64,000 nt of DNA from a virus (Duplodnaviria; Heunggongvirae; Uroviricota; Caudoviricetes): the IMG/VR virus record IMGVR_UViG_3300031994_005355, one strand, 5' to 3'. The notes below the pieces were generated by a model. The model worked only from the letters and a program-made list of their open reading frames with translations. It did no database searches and had not been told where the DNA came from. Below are positions 1 to 9,910 of the stretch, piece by piece; positions within the stretch are counted from its first letter, which is position 1, and each line of letters starts with the position of its first letter. A program made the translations under genes and the position numbers.

Positions 1-321
1 ATGGAGGTCAGTAAATTGAAGGATAATAAAGTAAAACTTTACTACACTGTACAACCACGTAAAGTTTTAGATAATCTTCAGAAGACAGGAATTTATGAAT
101 TAACGGATCCTCATAATTACATGAATGTATTAGCAAATAAATTTAGGGAAGAAGCAAAGACGTCTCTTGGTTACTACCCTATATACTGCCGACCTTATGT
201 CGATGCATTACATTTATGGTTTGATTTGTTATGGTTATCACCACAGTATCCGGATGATATATTGTTCTTTAAATCTAATAATATTGAAAATATTGCATAT
301 AAAGAGATGAGAAGAATTTAG
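1..321 (+). CDS. hypothetical protein (5-prime partial, runs off window start)
   Basis: ORF track; open from position 1, TAG stop at 319-321. Confidence 0.4.
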   Translation: MEVSKLKDNKVKLYYTVQPRKVLDNLQKTGIYELTDPHNYMNVLANKFREEAKTSLGYYPIYCRPYVDALHLWFDLLWLSPQYPDDILFFKSNNIENIAYKEMRRI

Positions 322-360
322 AATGGTGGTACATCAATAGATGCTACAATTACAGATGAA

Positions 361-690
361 ATGTACGAATGTATCACACCAAACATAACGCGTAGTAGTA
401 TAATACATGTATTATCTATTATGGAAAAAGGTGCAGAAGATGCTGATCAAGCTTGTGTGAATATGGCAAACGCACTATTCTCTGGATTATTATATTTACA
501 TACATGTGATACATTTAATGAAAAGCCTATCATACCAAGAAAACTTAATTTATTAGAAGCAAATCAAGTGCATGGTTTCTTTGATAAAAAGACTCTTGAT
601 AATTTCATTGATTACAACTTTACGTTAAAAGAATATAAGCGTGCATTTTATCACTTTAAATGTATGCTATATGACATGTTTGGGGAGTGA
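361..690 (+). CDS. hypothetical protein
   Basis: ORF track; overlaps next gene start, weak support. Confidence 0.3.
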   Translation: MYECITPNITRSSIIHVLSIMEKGAEDADQACVNMANALFSGLLYLHTCDTFNEKPIIPRKLNLLEANQVHGFFDKKTLDNFIDYNFTLKEYKRAFYHFKCMLYDMFGE

Positions 691-733
691 CATCAATTAT
701 TTTAATTCAATTATTAAAAAAGGAGCGTTAAAT

Positions 734-1243
734 ATGAAACTTACACCTGCAGAACTTCAGAAACTCATTAAAGAGACAAACCTTGAACTTCAAGGTTTAA
801 TGCTTCAGGAAAAGTATGGAGTTTACTATACGGCATCTATATCTGAAGATGCTGAGAAACTTAAACCGGATTATGATTTGTTAACTAATCTCAATGAGCA
901 GCATGAAATGATGAAGAAGCTTACACACTATAAGCATGCACTTAACGAGTTTAATCAGAATACAGTAATTCCTGAGTTCAATCTTACAATTGATGAATTG
1001 CTTGTTCAAATGCCTATAATGAAAGAGCGAGTAAAGAGGCTCCGTGAATATAAAGACTCTATGGGACGACAGCGTGTAGAGAGTTCTTATTTACGTTCAT
1101 CAAATGAACCTGAATATAAGTATGCGAATTTTGACAGAGCAGTTGCAGAGGAACAGTATAAATTATACAATGACTTGCTAAAGAAGATGCAGCTTGCTAT
1201 AGATAATATTAATTCTACTCGCAAGATTAAAATAGAGGATTAA
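734..1243 (+). CDS. hypothetical protein
   Basis: Internal ATG at 734 (M32 of track ORF 641..1243) preceded by AAAAAGGAG RBS. Confidence 0.5.
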   Translation: MKLTPAELQKLIKETNLELQGLMLQEKYGVYYTASISEDAEKLKPDYDLLTNLNEQHEMMKKLTHYKHALNEFNQNTVIPEFNLTIDELLVQMPIMKERVKRLREYKDSMGRQRVESSYLRSSNEPEYKYANFDRAVAEEQYKLYNDLLKKMQLAIDNINSTRKIKIED

Positions 1244-1430
1244 ACGATTTAGAAGATTATAATATATGTATTAAAACTACTAATACAATTATTATATCAG
1301 ATGTAGGTAAGTCATTATGACAGATAGAGAACTAACAGAACAATATGTTAATTATAAATAATAAACGCCGGGTCCCACGGATATCCGCGGAGCTTCAGCT
1401 CCGCGGGAGTGGGAGGCATCAAAGGACAAA

Positions 1431-1838
1431 ATGAACAATTATCATTCACATAATCGACACAAATATCTTCTACAGTTTCATTTGATATTTGTAGTGAAAT
1501 ATCGTAAAGCATTACTAAATATTAAGAAGATTGACGAAGATATTAAACAATTATTATTTGACAGTTGTCAGAAATACAATGTAGAAATTAAGTACATGGA
1601 AACAGATAAAGATCACTGTCACATGATGATCTCTACAGATCCAACAATCAGATTGTCTGACTTAGTCAGGTCTATGAAGTCATTTTCAGCATTTCATATT
1701 TGGAAAAAGCACGAAGGTATCCTTAAGAACTTCTTTTGGAAAGAACGTACATTCTGGACAGATGGCTACTTCATATCCTCTATTGGAGAAGTATCAGAAG
1801 AGACATTAAAGCAATATATAGAAAATCAAGGAAAATAA
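1431..1838 (+). CDS. tnpA: IS200/IS605 Y1 (HuH) transposase TnpA
   Basis: 135 aa; HuH-like HSHNRH motif near N-term, conserved KYRK, C-terminal TDGYFISSIG catalytic-Tyr region typical of IS200/IS608 TnpA. Confidence 0.85.
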   Translation: MNNYHSHNRHKYLLQFHLIFVVKYRKALLNIKKIDEDIKQLLFDSCQKYNVEIKYMETDKDHCHMMISTDPTIRLSDLVRSMKSFSAFHIWKKHEGILKNFFWKERTFWTDGYFISSIGEVSEETLKQYIENQGK

Positions 1839-1861
1839 GAATAAGAAAGGAGGTAGTATAC

Positions 1862-3475
1862 ATGGCAGACAGATATGAATTTTTACAAATTGTTGATAAT
1901 GTTCTTTATTATAAAAACTTTGGTTATGATAGCAAATTAAATGTTCTACATTATTTACTTAATGCTATTACTCTACAACATGAGCTACTTCCTATCTTTC
2001 ACAAAGTTAGCTCTGAAGAAGGTTTTTATTCTATTTACTGTACATTAAATAGTAAATACTATAATGTATTTCTAAATGGACACAGACAAAAGCTATTAGT
2101 CTCTAATGGTAAGAAGAGATTTCTAAATCAAATAATGGGTAACTGTAGATTACTCTACAATCGTATGGTAGCTAGAAACAATTACTGCATAGATCATAAA
2201 GAAGATACATTTGTGAAAAAATATGCTGAGTATACCAATCGTGGTTATAAGAATTATCATGATGGATATACATTACAATATGGTGAATATTTAACCTATG
2301 GTAGATATGATAAGAAGACTGAATCTTACTCACTATTAGTTTCTTATCCCAAAGAAGAAACTTTCTTTAATGGTTATTCCAGTATGTACTACAATTGCGT
2401 ATTACAACATTTTTTAGAAGCACGTAACCGTGCTTTTAAGGGACTTGGTAAGAGACCAACCTTTAAGAGTAAACATGGAAGTCAGAGTTGCCAGTTATCT
2501 TGTAACTGCTCAACTGATAGTTATGGATATAAAAACTTCAATTATTTCCAGCTCTTTAGTGTAGGGTACAATATGCATGATTATTCAGGCAGTAACAGAA
2601 CTAAGGTAGCTAAACTTTTTAGAGTAAATGAGGAGAATAATTGGAGAAAACCTAGATGTCAACACAGATTAGGTCTAAATCTAAACAAATCATGTACTAC
2701 TATTCAATCAAGAGATAAGTCTTATGAAATCAACACACTGACATTTACTATGTCTAAAAATCGTAAACCTGTATCTGCATATCTTAAGGATGATAACTTT
2801 GGAGCTAAGACAGTAACAATAACACGGGAGCCAAATGGTAAGTATTATGTATCTTTTCCAGTATGGGATTGTGTCGAAGTTCCTGAACCTAATGATAATG
2901 TAGTAGCATTTGACTTTGGAGTTAAAACTTTTCTTACATATTCAGATGGCTCTACAGAGGAAATGCCCAAATTCTTCGATGTCTACAAGAAACATCTTGA
3001 CAGAGTAAACACTGCTCTCCAAGGTACAACTAAGAACTCTAAGAAACACAAGAAGCTTCAATGTAAATTGGCTAATATTCATGCAAAGATCAAAAATTCC
3101 AGACGCAATTTCCATCATCAACTGACTCACAAAATGGTAAGTGAAAACCAAGTTATCATTAGTGAGGATCTTGATATTAAGGAAATGCTTCAGAATAAAT
3201 CTTTGCCTGCAGAGTTCCATCGTCATGTCGCTGACGCTTCTTGGTACGAGTTCACAAGACAATTAGAGTACAAATCTAAACGCTATGGAAGAACTTACAT
3301 CAAAGTTCCAAGACACTTTGCCTCATCTCAAATTTGCTCTAAATGTGGTAAGATCCATACTGAGATGAAAGATCTTTCCAATCGTCAAATGATTTGTAGT
3401 TGTGGAAACAACATCGATCGAGATCACAATGCTGCAATCAATATTGAGCAATTAGGTCTCTTAATGATATCGTAA
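1862..3475 (+). CDS. tnpB: TnpB (OrfB) RuvC-like RNA-guided nuclease, 537 aa
   Basis: ATG 1862 (M43 of track ORF) after GGAGGT RBS; RuvC-I VVAFDFGVKTF, RuvC-II IISEDLDIKEM, zinc finger CSKCGK...CSCGN, RuvC-III DRDHNAAINI. Confidence 0.85.
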   Translation: MADRYEFLQIVDNVLYYKNFGYDSKLNVLHYLLNAITLQHELLPIFHKVSSEEGFYSIYCTLNSKYYNVFLNGHRQKLLVSNGKKRFLNQIMGNCRLLYNRMVARNNYCIDHKEDTFVKKYAEYTNRGYKNYHDGYTLQYGEYLTYGRYDKKTESYSLLVSYPKEETFFNGYSSMYYNCVLQHFLEARNRAFKGLGKRPTFKSKHGSQSCQLSCNCSTDSYGYKNFNYFQLFSVGYNMHDYSGSNRTKVAKLFRVNEENNWRKPRCQHRLGLNLNKSCTTIQSRDKSYEINTLTFTMSKNRKPVSAYLKDDNFGAKTVTITREPNGKYYVSFPVWDCVEVPEPNDNVVAFDFGVKTFLTYSDGSTEEMPKFFDVYKKHLDRVNTALQGTTKNSKKHKKLQCKLANIHAKIKNSRRNFHHQLTHKMVSENQVIISEDLDIKEMLQNKSLPAEFHRHVADASWYEFTRQLEYKSKRYGRTYIKVPRHFASSQICSKCGKIHTEMKDLSNRQMICSCGNNIDRDHNAAINIEQLGLLMIS

Positions 3476-3672
3476 CAAACTAACAAAGTCAGTTACGGTA
3501 CGACATACCGAAACTATAAACCCGCCCCGCTAAAAGTCAAGTGACAGGGGTAACACGGACTTAACGTCCCTCAGCGATAAAATTGGATTAACGACCCAAG
3601 ACTAAATCTCTCTCCTTCCCAACCAGGAATCAGCGGAGCTTTAGCTCCGCTGTATGTCAAAAATATTAAATA
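3476..3672 (+). ncRNA. putative omega RNA (reRNA) scaffold of TnpB copy 1
   Basis: ~190 nt noncoding between tnpB stop and IS right end containing RE hairpin; positional analogy to known TnpB omega RNAs; not folded. Confidence 0.4.
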
Positions 3673-3813
3673 ATTCAGCACGTTTAACACCAGTTGGTCA
3701 AATTAAGTTTGACATACTAACAAGCCTGCATAAAGACACATCAGATTACTTCACAAGTCAGTAAGTATTGAGTAACTAGCAGAATTTATGCAACTCGAAA
3801 GTGAGGAATAAAC

Positions 3814-4797
3814 ATGACAGTAGATCAACAAATAAAAAATGACTTAGCAGCTTATTTTATAAGCAACAGTGTTACAGATGCTACAAAAGGAGTTGAAAAC
3901 CTAAGGTCTCTTCTAACACCTGCGATAATGCAAAATAATAATATTACAGATGCTACACCAGTTAATGTGCAAGCTTGGATAGCTCTTCAGATATTTAGTA
4001 ATAGTCCTATGCGTTACCATTCATCTGCGATACTTGGAACATTCATCTATGACTCGAGAATGTATAGTGTACAAGAACAAGAAACAAATACTTTAGTGAC
4101 CTATTATAGACTACACTATAATTCGGATTGTGGATTGAAACCTGTACTTCCTGAAGGATGTAGTTCTTGCGTAGAAATGTTTGCATTTTGTAAATTACCT
4201 GATAACTTCTCTTTAGATGATAGTTTCTATAAAGCAAACATTATGCATGCACATAATATGTTTTGTGGATGTACATTACCTTCTGGGTTTGTATTTCCAA
4301 TGTACAAAACAAAAGAAGAGTTACTAAACTATGTAAAAGAACTGCAGAGCAAGCCATACGGTCATACAGTCAAGGCTGAAAAGAAAGGAATTGTTATAGC
4401 AAGAGAAGCAAAAGAAAATGAAGAATTAGATGTTTACACCAAAAATGGAAATTTTGAAGGACACGAAACTGCTCAAAAAGGTGATATGATACTCACACGT
4501 GCGAATGATGATGGAACTCCATATGTAGATGATTATAGTCATATTAACAGTTGGAAAGTCTCAAGAGAAACGTTTGAGAAAAAGTACGACACAGCAAATC
4601 CTATAAAAGAAGGTGTCTACAAACCTGCTAGTGGAGTACAATTATTCATCCAAATAAATGATGATATTTCTTTTGATGCTCCCTGGGGTGAAAGACAGAA
4701 TATTCGCACACATGGTTATCTCAATATTACAGATCTTAATGATTTGTATGGTATTGCAGAAGAAGAATTCAAAGAAACATACAAGTATATAGAATAA
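3814..4797 (+). CDS. hypothetical protein, member 1 of shared-N-terminal-module family (IKxDLAxYF...AWxALQ...P.RY)
   Basis: 327 aa; N-terminal ~65 aa alignable to 22275..23798 and to aa ~90-160 of 45223..47241. Confidence 0.55.
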   Translation: MTVDQQIKNDLAAYFISNSVTDATKGVENLRSLLTPAIMQNNNITDATPVNVQAWIALQIFSNSPMRYHSSAILGTFIYDSRMYSVQEQETNTLVTYYRLHYNSDCGLKPVLPEGCSSCVEMFAFCKLPDNFSLDDSFYKANIMHAHNMFCGCTLPSGFVFPMYKTKEELLNYVKELQSKPYGHTVKAEKKGIVIAREAKENEELDVYTKNGNFEGHETAQKGDMILTRANDDGTPYVDDYSHINSWKVSRETFEKKYDTANPIKEGVYKPASGVQLFIQINDDISFDAPWGERQNIRTHGYLNITDLNDLYGIAEEEFKETYKYIE

Positions 4798-4885
4798 AAT
4801 AAACTTTCCAGATTAGTAGACCTTTAAACAGCAAGTCTTTGGTGACTCCAAAAGTTAAAGTTTAAGGTTTGGGATTGTCGTTGAA

Positions 4886-4914
4886 TTGTTTGGTTATAGG
4901 TTCACGTTACTGTA
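4886..4914 (+). promoter_or_regulatory. sigma-70-like promoter (ttggtt -35, 17-bp spacer, TGtataat extended -10)
   Basis: Read directly in 4880-4915; followed by near-palindrome aatgttacgttacatt (possible operator). Confidence 0.4.
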
Positions 4915-4989
4915 TAATGTAAATGTTACGTTACATTTTAGGATCCTGAAAATCCGTACACATAGTGTTTACTAATCGAAAACCCACAA

Positions 4990-5016
4990 GGCGGGCTGGG
5001 TCGGTTGACGTCCGCC
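4990..5016 (+). promoter_or_regulatory. conserved hairpin motif copy 1 (7-bp stem, 13-nt loop TGGGTCGGTTGAC) in 5-prime leader
   Basis: ggcgggc/gcgtccgcc stem; loop 12/13 identical to copy at ~48600 with fully different stem sequence (covariation). Confidence 0.45.
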
Positions 5017-5027
5017 ATCAAAAGAAA

Positions 5028-5525
5028 ATGATAACATTAATTATATCTAATGCTTTATCACTAATAGGTGAAATTTCAAATACTATACTTCCTTTCCTTT
5101 CAACAAAGAAAAGAATGTTGTTATTACAAGCAATTACTCAAATAGTATTTGTAGTTGCCTATGCAGTGAATGGAAGTTATGTTTTGGTTGCACTTTGTCT
5201 AATTGTAGGACTACGTAATTTATATAATGCTTACTTGAAGTCAAATCTTATAGTCAATATATTATTTCTAATCATTGGTACATTAATTAGTGTTGTAGTA
5301 AATACAAACGGCTGGTTAGGTGTACTTCCGATTATTTGTTATGTTGACTATACTGTTTCGATTATGATAACAGAAAATCCTCAAATATTACGTTGGGTAT
5401 TATTAATGAACACAATACTTTATATAATATTTGATTTTGGTATAATGATGTATGTTTGTTTTGCATTTGATGTATTTCACATAGTAACTAATAGTATTGC
5501 TATTTGGAAATACAGAAAGGAGTAA
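5028..5525 (+). CDS. integral membrane protein (multi-TM)
   Basis: ATG 5028 (M22 of track ORF 4965); hydrophobic helices throughout; upstream part of track ORF is the structured leader. Confidence 0.5.
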   Translation: MITLIISNALSLIGEISNTILPFLSTKKRMLLLQAITQIVFVVAYAVNGSYVLVALCLIVGLRNLYNAYLKSNLIVNILFLIIGTLISVVVNTNGWLGVLPIICYVDYTVSIMITENPQILRWVLLMNTILYIIFDFGIMMYVCFAFDVFHIVTNSIAIWKYRKE

Positions 5526-5637
5526 TAATGCACATACAACACACATTAACAAAAGAAGAAATAAAAATGTTTTGCTGGCTTATTGGTATGTTACTTGGTG
5601 CTATCATTGCAATACCACTAAAACTGTTAGGAGTAAT

Positions 5638-6498
5638 ATGAAACTATTTGCAAAATGTATATGTAACGCAGATCAATATAATGATCGCATATCAAAACCA
5701 CATGATGGTATTGAACTTCAATTACTTAATACTGATACATATAAAACAATTGAGCAATTTCTAACAGAGGAAGTGGATGTAGTGCACTCACCTCTCGCTT
5801 TAGGATTAACGCATAACAAAACACGTGGACTTCATCCAGACTATCCTGTGGACTTTCCTAATACTTGGAAAACACATGATTATTTCATTAATATTGTACA
5901 CTCAATTGTAACAAAACAACAGCGTACAATAAAGTATGTAATGCATATCGAACAGTCATATGATATTCTAAACTGGGATGGAACAATCTTTGACCTTGTT
6001 CACTACCTCAGACAGATAGCAGACCAGAACCCTAATATAATATTCTGTCTTGAGAATACGACGTATAGTTTTACAGAGCCTGTTACACATCAGTTGATTG
6101 CTCAGGATGTGAATAGATCTAATGTAGGCACCTGTCTTGATATTTGTCATGCACAGGAAGTTGTTTATGCAGTATCAGCGATTAAAGGTACAGATGAACA
6201 TGTGAGTGGTTTTCCTGATGTGTGTTCACTTGAAAACTTCTTTGCTATGAATAGACATCATTGTAAGTTAATTCATCTCAATCAAGCAGTTGATGTCGGG
6301 ACAGGATACGGACGTGGTAAAGGTCATGGTTATCCATTTGATGGAAGTAAGAAAGATACTGCACTTCTTAAAATGATATTAGGATTTTATGATACCTATG
6401 AGTATAAATGTCCTATGACAATAGAAGTGCGTGAAGATGATCACACAGATGCAAAGAATTATTTGATGACGTATAATGTAGTACAGAAAGTGTTATAA
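5638..6498 (+). CDS. xylose-isomerase-like TIM-barrel / AP endonuclease family 2 (Endo IV-like) protein
   Basis: ATG 5638 with GGAG RBS; CLENTTYSF and GTCLDICHAQE resemble LENT... and GVCxDTCHAF blocks of endonuclease IV family. Confidence 0.45.
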   Translation: MKLFAKCICNADQYNDRISKPHDGIELQLLNTDTYKTIEQFLTEEVDVVHSPLALGLTHNKTRGLHPDYPVDFPNTWKTHDYFINIVHSIVTKQQRTIKYVMHIEQSYDILNWDGTIFDLVHYLRQIADQNPNIIFCLENTTYSFTEPVTHQLIAQDVNRSNVGTCLDICHAQEVVYAVSAIKGTDEHVSGFPDVCSLENFFAMNRHHCKLIHLNQAVDVGTGYGRGKGHGYPFDGSKKDTALLKMILGFYDTYEYKCPMTIEVREDDHTDAKNYLMTYNVVQKVL

Positions 6499-6518
6499 CA
6501 ATAATTGGAGGACAAACA

Positions 6519-7121
6519 ATGAGTCACAATAAGAGAACTTACGTTTTACACACAATCTATTACAAAAGAATACTTGGTGGTTATGAAGTGACAGGTACAT
6601 ATACTACAAAGTTCACACGTCATGAACTTGCAGTAGAATTAAATAGCTGTTCTACAATACTTGAGTCATATGATAAACTTGATGATTGTGATGTTATTGT
6701 TGATAACATTCATATACGTAGATTTAGTTCACGATACGGAAATGAACATCGTTCAACCTATGTAACTCGTGGGAACAAACGCTACACTAAGAATGAAATC
6801 ATCAAACTCAAATCTGAGACTGAGCAGATAAAACATTACCATAGTAGATGGAATAATACTTATCATCATCCTAAGACATTCCGTGACTTACCGATACCAC
6901 ATGTTCATCATTGTAGTTCAGGAAATTGGTATCGTCATCCTAAACTCGGTCGTCAGCGTAAGCAGAATAATGCAGGTCGTTATGACGAATACTATACATT
7001 CAATAATACTAAGTACGCTTGGAAAGCTCTTCCTACTTGGGACGATAGACCACGTCCTTATGGTAAGAGTTGGAAAGACTGTACAAAACGTAAACATCAG
7101 TATAAGGAGAATGCTGCATGA
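6519..7121 (+). CDS. hypothetical basic protein
   Basis: ORF track; RBS GGAGGA upstream; His/Arg/Lys-rich. Confidence 0.45.
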   Translation: MSHNKRTYVLHTIYYKRILGGYEVTGTYTTKFTRHELAVELNSCSTILESYDKLDDCDVIVDNIHIRRFSSRYGNEHRSTYVTRGNKRYTKNEIIKLKSETEQIKHYHSRWNNTYHHPKTFRDLPIPHVHHCSSGNWYRHPKLGRQRKQNNAGRYDEYYTFNNTKYAWKALPTWDDRPRPYGKSWKDCTKRKHQYKENAA

Positions 7122-7226
7122 GAATACTAATCCTACATATGTTTAACACACTATTTTTCACTCAATAACTGTATATATCTTTAGAAGATATAAAACAATT
7201 TTATAACCATGAAAGGAGCTGATTCT

Positions 7227-7850
7227 ATGGGTAATACATTCTATTACTGTCACATTTGTGGCAACATTCTGGAAAGAGAAGATGTTTATCGTTTGGTAAT
7301 CAGAGATCATGAGAATAACAAAAGAAAGACTCTGTATCAGATTTGTGGTAAATGTCTTCACAATCTACAGCACAGACGTTTTAAGTTAGGTTTCTTCGCT
7401 AAGAAAGAACTTCATTTGTATAGGTTATTTGCTGAACCTATCACAGGTGGAAAGTCAACGCAGCTTTATGATCTGATGCCTGCACATCTTGAAACGGTAC
7501 AGAATCTCGAAATGAAGAAGGAAAAACTCGTACTTAAAACTAAAGACAACAAACGTATCTGGACAGTTTTCAATGTGCGAGATCTTATTGAGAAAAATGA
7601 TGTAGAAATGCTTAAACTTATGAGTCAGTTGTTTGAGTATCAGACAGATGATGAAAAGAAAGCACGTTGCACAAAGTGGCAGAACGCAGTTGGTTTCAAT
7701 CAGGCAGATGCAAGTTTTCTTACAGGTATGTCTGAAAAATATAATAAGCAGGGCAAAACAAAAGATGTCTTCACTGATAGACAGCTATATGCTATTCGTA
7801 AACGTATGTTGAAATATTCACAGCAGATTACGATAATTTTAAACTCTTGA
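7227..7850 (+). CDS. hypothetical protein with N-terminal CxxC...CxxC zinc-finger
   Basis: ATG 7227 after AAAGGAG; CHICGN...CGKC. Confidence 0.5.
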   Translation: MGNTFYYCHICGNILEREDVYRLVIRDHENNKRKTLYQICGKCLHNLQHRRFKLGFFAKKELHLYRLFAEPITGGKSTQLYDLMPAHLETVQNLEMKKEKLVLKTKDNKRIWTVFNVRDLIEKNDVEMLKLMSQLFEYQTDDEKKARCTKWQNAVGFNQADASFLTGMSEKYNKQGKTKDVFTDRQLYAIRKRMLKYSQQITIILNS

Positions 7851-7952
7851 AAATTATAAATCACATAAAACAAGAAACAGCCATGACACATGTTTCTCCT
7901 ATTGTTGTTTTAGCGAATCTGGTTGTGGGTTCTATGCCTTAAACCCTCACCT

Positions 7953-8036
7953 GCAGGTATGGCGTAATTGGTAGGCGCAAAGGACTTAAAATCCTTTGGA
8001 AGTAATTCCGTGCCGGTTCAAGTCCGGCTACCTGTA
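7953..8036 (+). tRNA. tRNA-Leu (anticodon TAA), type II with long variable arm
   Basis: Acceptor gcaggta/tacctgt, D-arm with GG, anticodon stem aagga/tcctt with loop cttaaaa, variable hairpin ggaa-gtaa-ttcc, T-arm gccgg-ttcaagt-ccggc. Confidence 0.75.
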
Positions 8037-8118
8037 TTGCTACATATTTTTACTATATTTATTATATAATAATAGTAAGAAATAAATTATTTTTATATCA
8101 CTGAAAGGAGCTGTTAGA

Positions 8119-8466
8119 ATGTTTGTAAAGATCAGAGTTATGGAAATTGGTAGTGAAAAAGAGTATGTTGAGATAGGCAAGTTCAAAACTATTTTCTATG
8201 ATGAAGATACTGACTGTGCTTTATTATCTCTCAAAGGTCTGAATGACATCTACATACCTTGTAGCAAATTACCGTGTGACTATGATACGTTCTGTGATAG
8301 GTTGTTTAATGGTATTCAGAATGGTGTCGAAGCAATAGAAATTATAGCACCTGCACTTGATGTTGATGATTCATTCTTTGATTCTATTGGTGACAATACT
8401 GACTTAGTTGAACTGTTCAGTGAAGCTGCTCCTGTTATTTCAGGAGATATACGAATATCGTTTTAA
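8119..8466 (+). CDS. hypothetical protein
   Basis: ORF track; RBS AAAGGAG. Confidence 0.45.
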   Translation: MFVKIRVMEIGSEKEYVEIGKFKTIFYDEDTDCALLSLKGLNDIYIPCSKLPCDYDTFCDRLFNGIQNGVEAIEIIAPALDVDDSFFDSIGDNTDLVELFSEAAPVISGDIRISF

Positions 8467-8536
8467 AAACGATAGAAGAACAAGTAATGAAGGTATTTCA
8501 TCTTTCCATACGTGGGGTACAGAAAGGTGAATAATT

Positions 8537-8788
8537 ATGTCAGAAATAGTATTACAGAATTCAGATGCAGTAGTGAAGCCTAAAAAGAAGGTTGACACTA
8601 AAATTATGTTACGTAATAAGAATGATTTAAAATTCTTAATTGATGTTCTCATAATGGCTATGTTTAATGTAATGCTTATTGTTTGGTACCCTGTAGTGGA
8701 AATACCTATTACTGTCGGGTTAATGGCAGTATCTGTAGTAATGCATTTACACATTAAAAAGTTTAAGTTTAATAATGATTTAGAATGA
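8537..8788 (+). CDS. small membrane protein
   Basis: ORF track; hydrophobic C-terminal half. Confidence 0.4.
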   Translation: MSEIVLQNSDAVVKPKKKVDTKIMLRNKNDLKFLIDVLIMAMFNVMLIVWYPVVEIPITVGLMAVSVVMHLHIKKFKFNNDLE

Positions 8789-9035
8789 TGGATTGGAGGT
8801 GATACCATTGGGAGATGGACTTGAGTTAAATTGCGAATGTGAACATCGTGTTGAAAAATATGATTGTGACGGCGATAAAGATTTCTATTGTCACAATAAT
8901 CATAATGACTGTATGTATAAGAAACATGTTATTGACGTCGATGGTGATTGTGTAACTCTTTGTAGAAAAGGAATGTGGTAAACATGTTAAAATGCTCTAA
9001 GTGAAAGAGCTCTTCTAAATGAAAGGAGAAAATTT

Positions 9036-9551
9036 ATGTATTATAAGTATCATTGTGGTAATGAAATATTAAGAGTATTTTCTTATGCAGCATCAAATCC
9101 ATTCAATAAGACAGTTGTAGTTGAAGTCGGTCCAAGAGATTATACACGCTCTATTCGTGAAGATGAAAAAGGTGAATTCTTCACATGGAACAAACAGAAG
9201 ATCTACGTTAATGATTGGATCCGAATGACTATGGCTGAACTGAGAGATAATCTACATAATGATGACTACTGGATGGTTAGTGATGACTTATGTATCGCCA
9301 TAGCTACTGATGGTCCGGAGAATGTGAGACTAGCAGTACCTAATAAACTTTTATACTTAGATGGAGACGATGTAAGTATCTGTCATATAGAAGAGGAATT
9401 TAATAGAAAGGTGCTTCAGAACTACAAGTTAAATCTTGTATTTGAAGATGAGTATGGGGATAGAAGAGTTAGGGATTTCTACACTTCTGATCTCTTCTCT
9501 ATGATACGTTCTGGTTTAATAACTATTGAGGACTCTGTGAAAAATACTTAA
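9036..9551 (+). CDS. hypothetical protein
   Basis: ORF track; AAAGGAG RBS. Confidence 0.5.
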   Translation: MYYKYHCGNEILRVFSYAASNPFNKTVVVEVGPRDYTRSIREDEKGEFFTWNKQKIYVNDWIRMTMAELRDNLHNDDYWMVSDDLCIAIATDGPENVRLAVPNKLLYLDGDDVSICHIEEEFNRKVLQNYKLNLVFEDEYGDRRVRDFYTSDLFSMIRSGLITIEDSVKNT

Positions 9552-9566
9552 AGGAGACTGACTAAA

Positions 9567-9896
9567 ATGAAAATTTGGTATTTATACTACAATGAAAAGA
9601 CTAAGCAAATAGATTATGCTGAGCATTCTGTGAAAGACTTTCGTAGCGATTGGGAAACACCAAGTAATGTTGATGAATTCAAGCATCAATGTAACACAGC
9701 AGTAGATCACGCAATTAAGGCTGCTGAATGTTACAATAGAGATTTACAGTCTTTTGAATTACAGATTCATAAGTGCAAGGACTGTGGTATCTATTTCTTC
9801 ACAAGCACCAATGAAGAACTGTGGTTCAAAGCAAACAACCTATCAGTCCCTAAGCGCTGCAATAAATGCAGAGCAAAGAGACGCAAGTCTGCATGA
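9567..9896 (+). CDS. zinc-ribbon protein with basic KRRKSA tail (paralog of 12435..12764)
   Basis: CKDCGIYFFT...PKRCxxCRxKRRKSA conserved between the two copies. Confidence 0.55.
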   Translation: MKIWYLYYNEKTKQIDYAEHSVKDFRSDWETPSNVDEFKHQCNTAVDHAIKAAECYNRDLQSFELQIHKCKDCGIYFFTSTNEELWFKANNLSVPKRCNKCRAKRRKSA

Positions 9897-9910
9897 AAGG
9901 AAGTGATGTA

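Larger units (their letters stand above)
1362..3672 (+). mobile_element. IS200/IS605-family insertion sequence (tnpA + tnpB), no TSD expected
   Basis: Left-end imperfect palindrome ccgcggagcttcagctccgcgg (~1388-1409) upstream of tnpA; right-end hairpin cagcggagctttagctccgctg (~3631-3652) downstream of tnpB; ends shared with second copy at 10423 (TAAACGCCGGGTCCC...; ...TCAA..ATTAAA). Confidence 0.75.

Noticed and set aside
1736-1861. N-terminal 42-codon extension of the tnpB ORF as given in the track
   Set aside because: It overlaps the end of tnpA and has no RBS. The ATG at 1862 with a GGAGGT RBS is the plausible start, as in other IS605 elements.
2942-3262. Minus-strand ORFs in the track (this and every other '-' ORF, e.g. 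4043-4237, 8440-8808, 18424-19008, 41268-41555, 55571-56014)
   Set aside because: Every one is embedded antisense within a well-supported plus-strand gene or within the noncoding repeat island. They lack RBSs and have low-complexity composition. The whole window is transcribed from the + strand.
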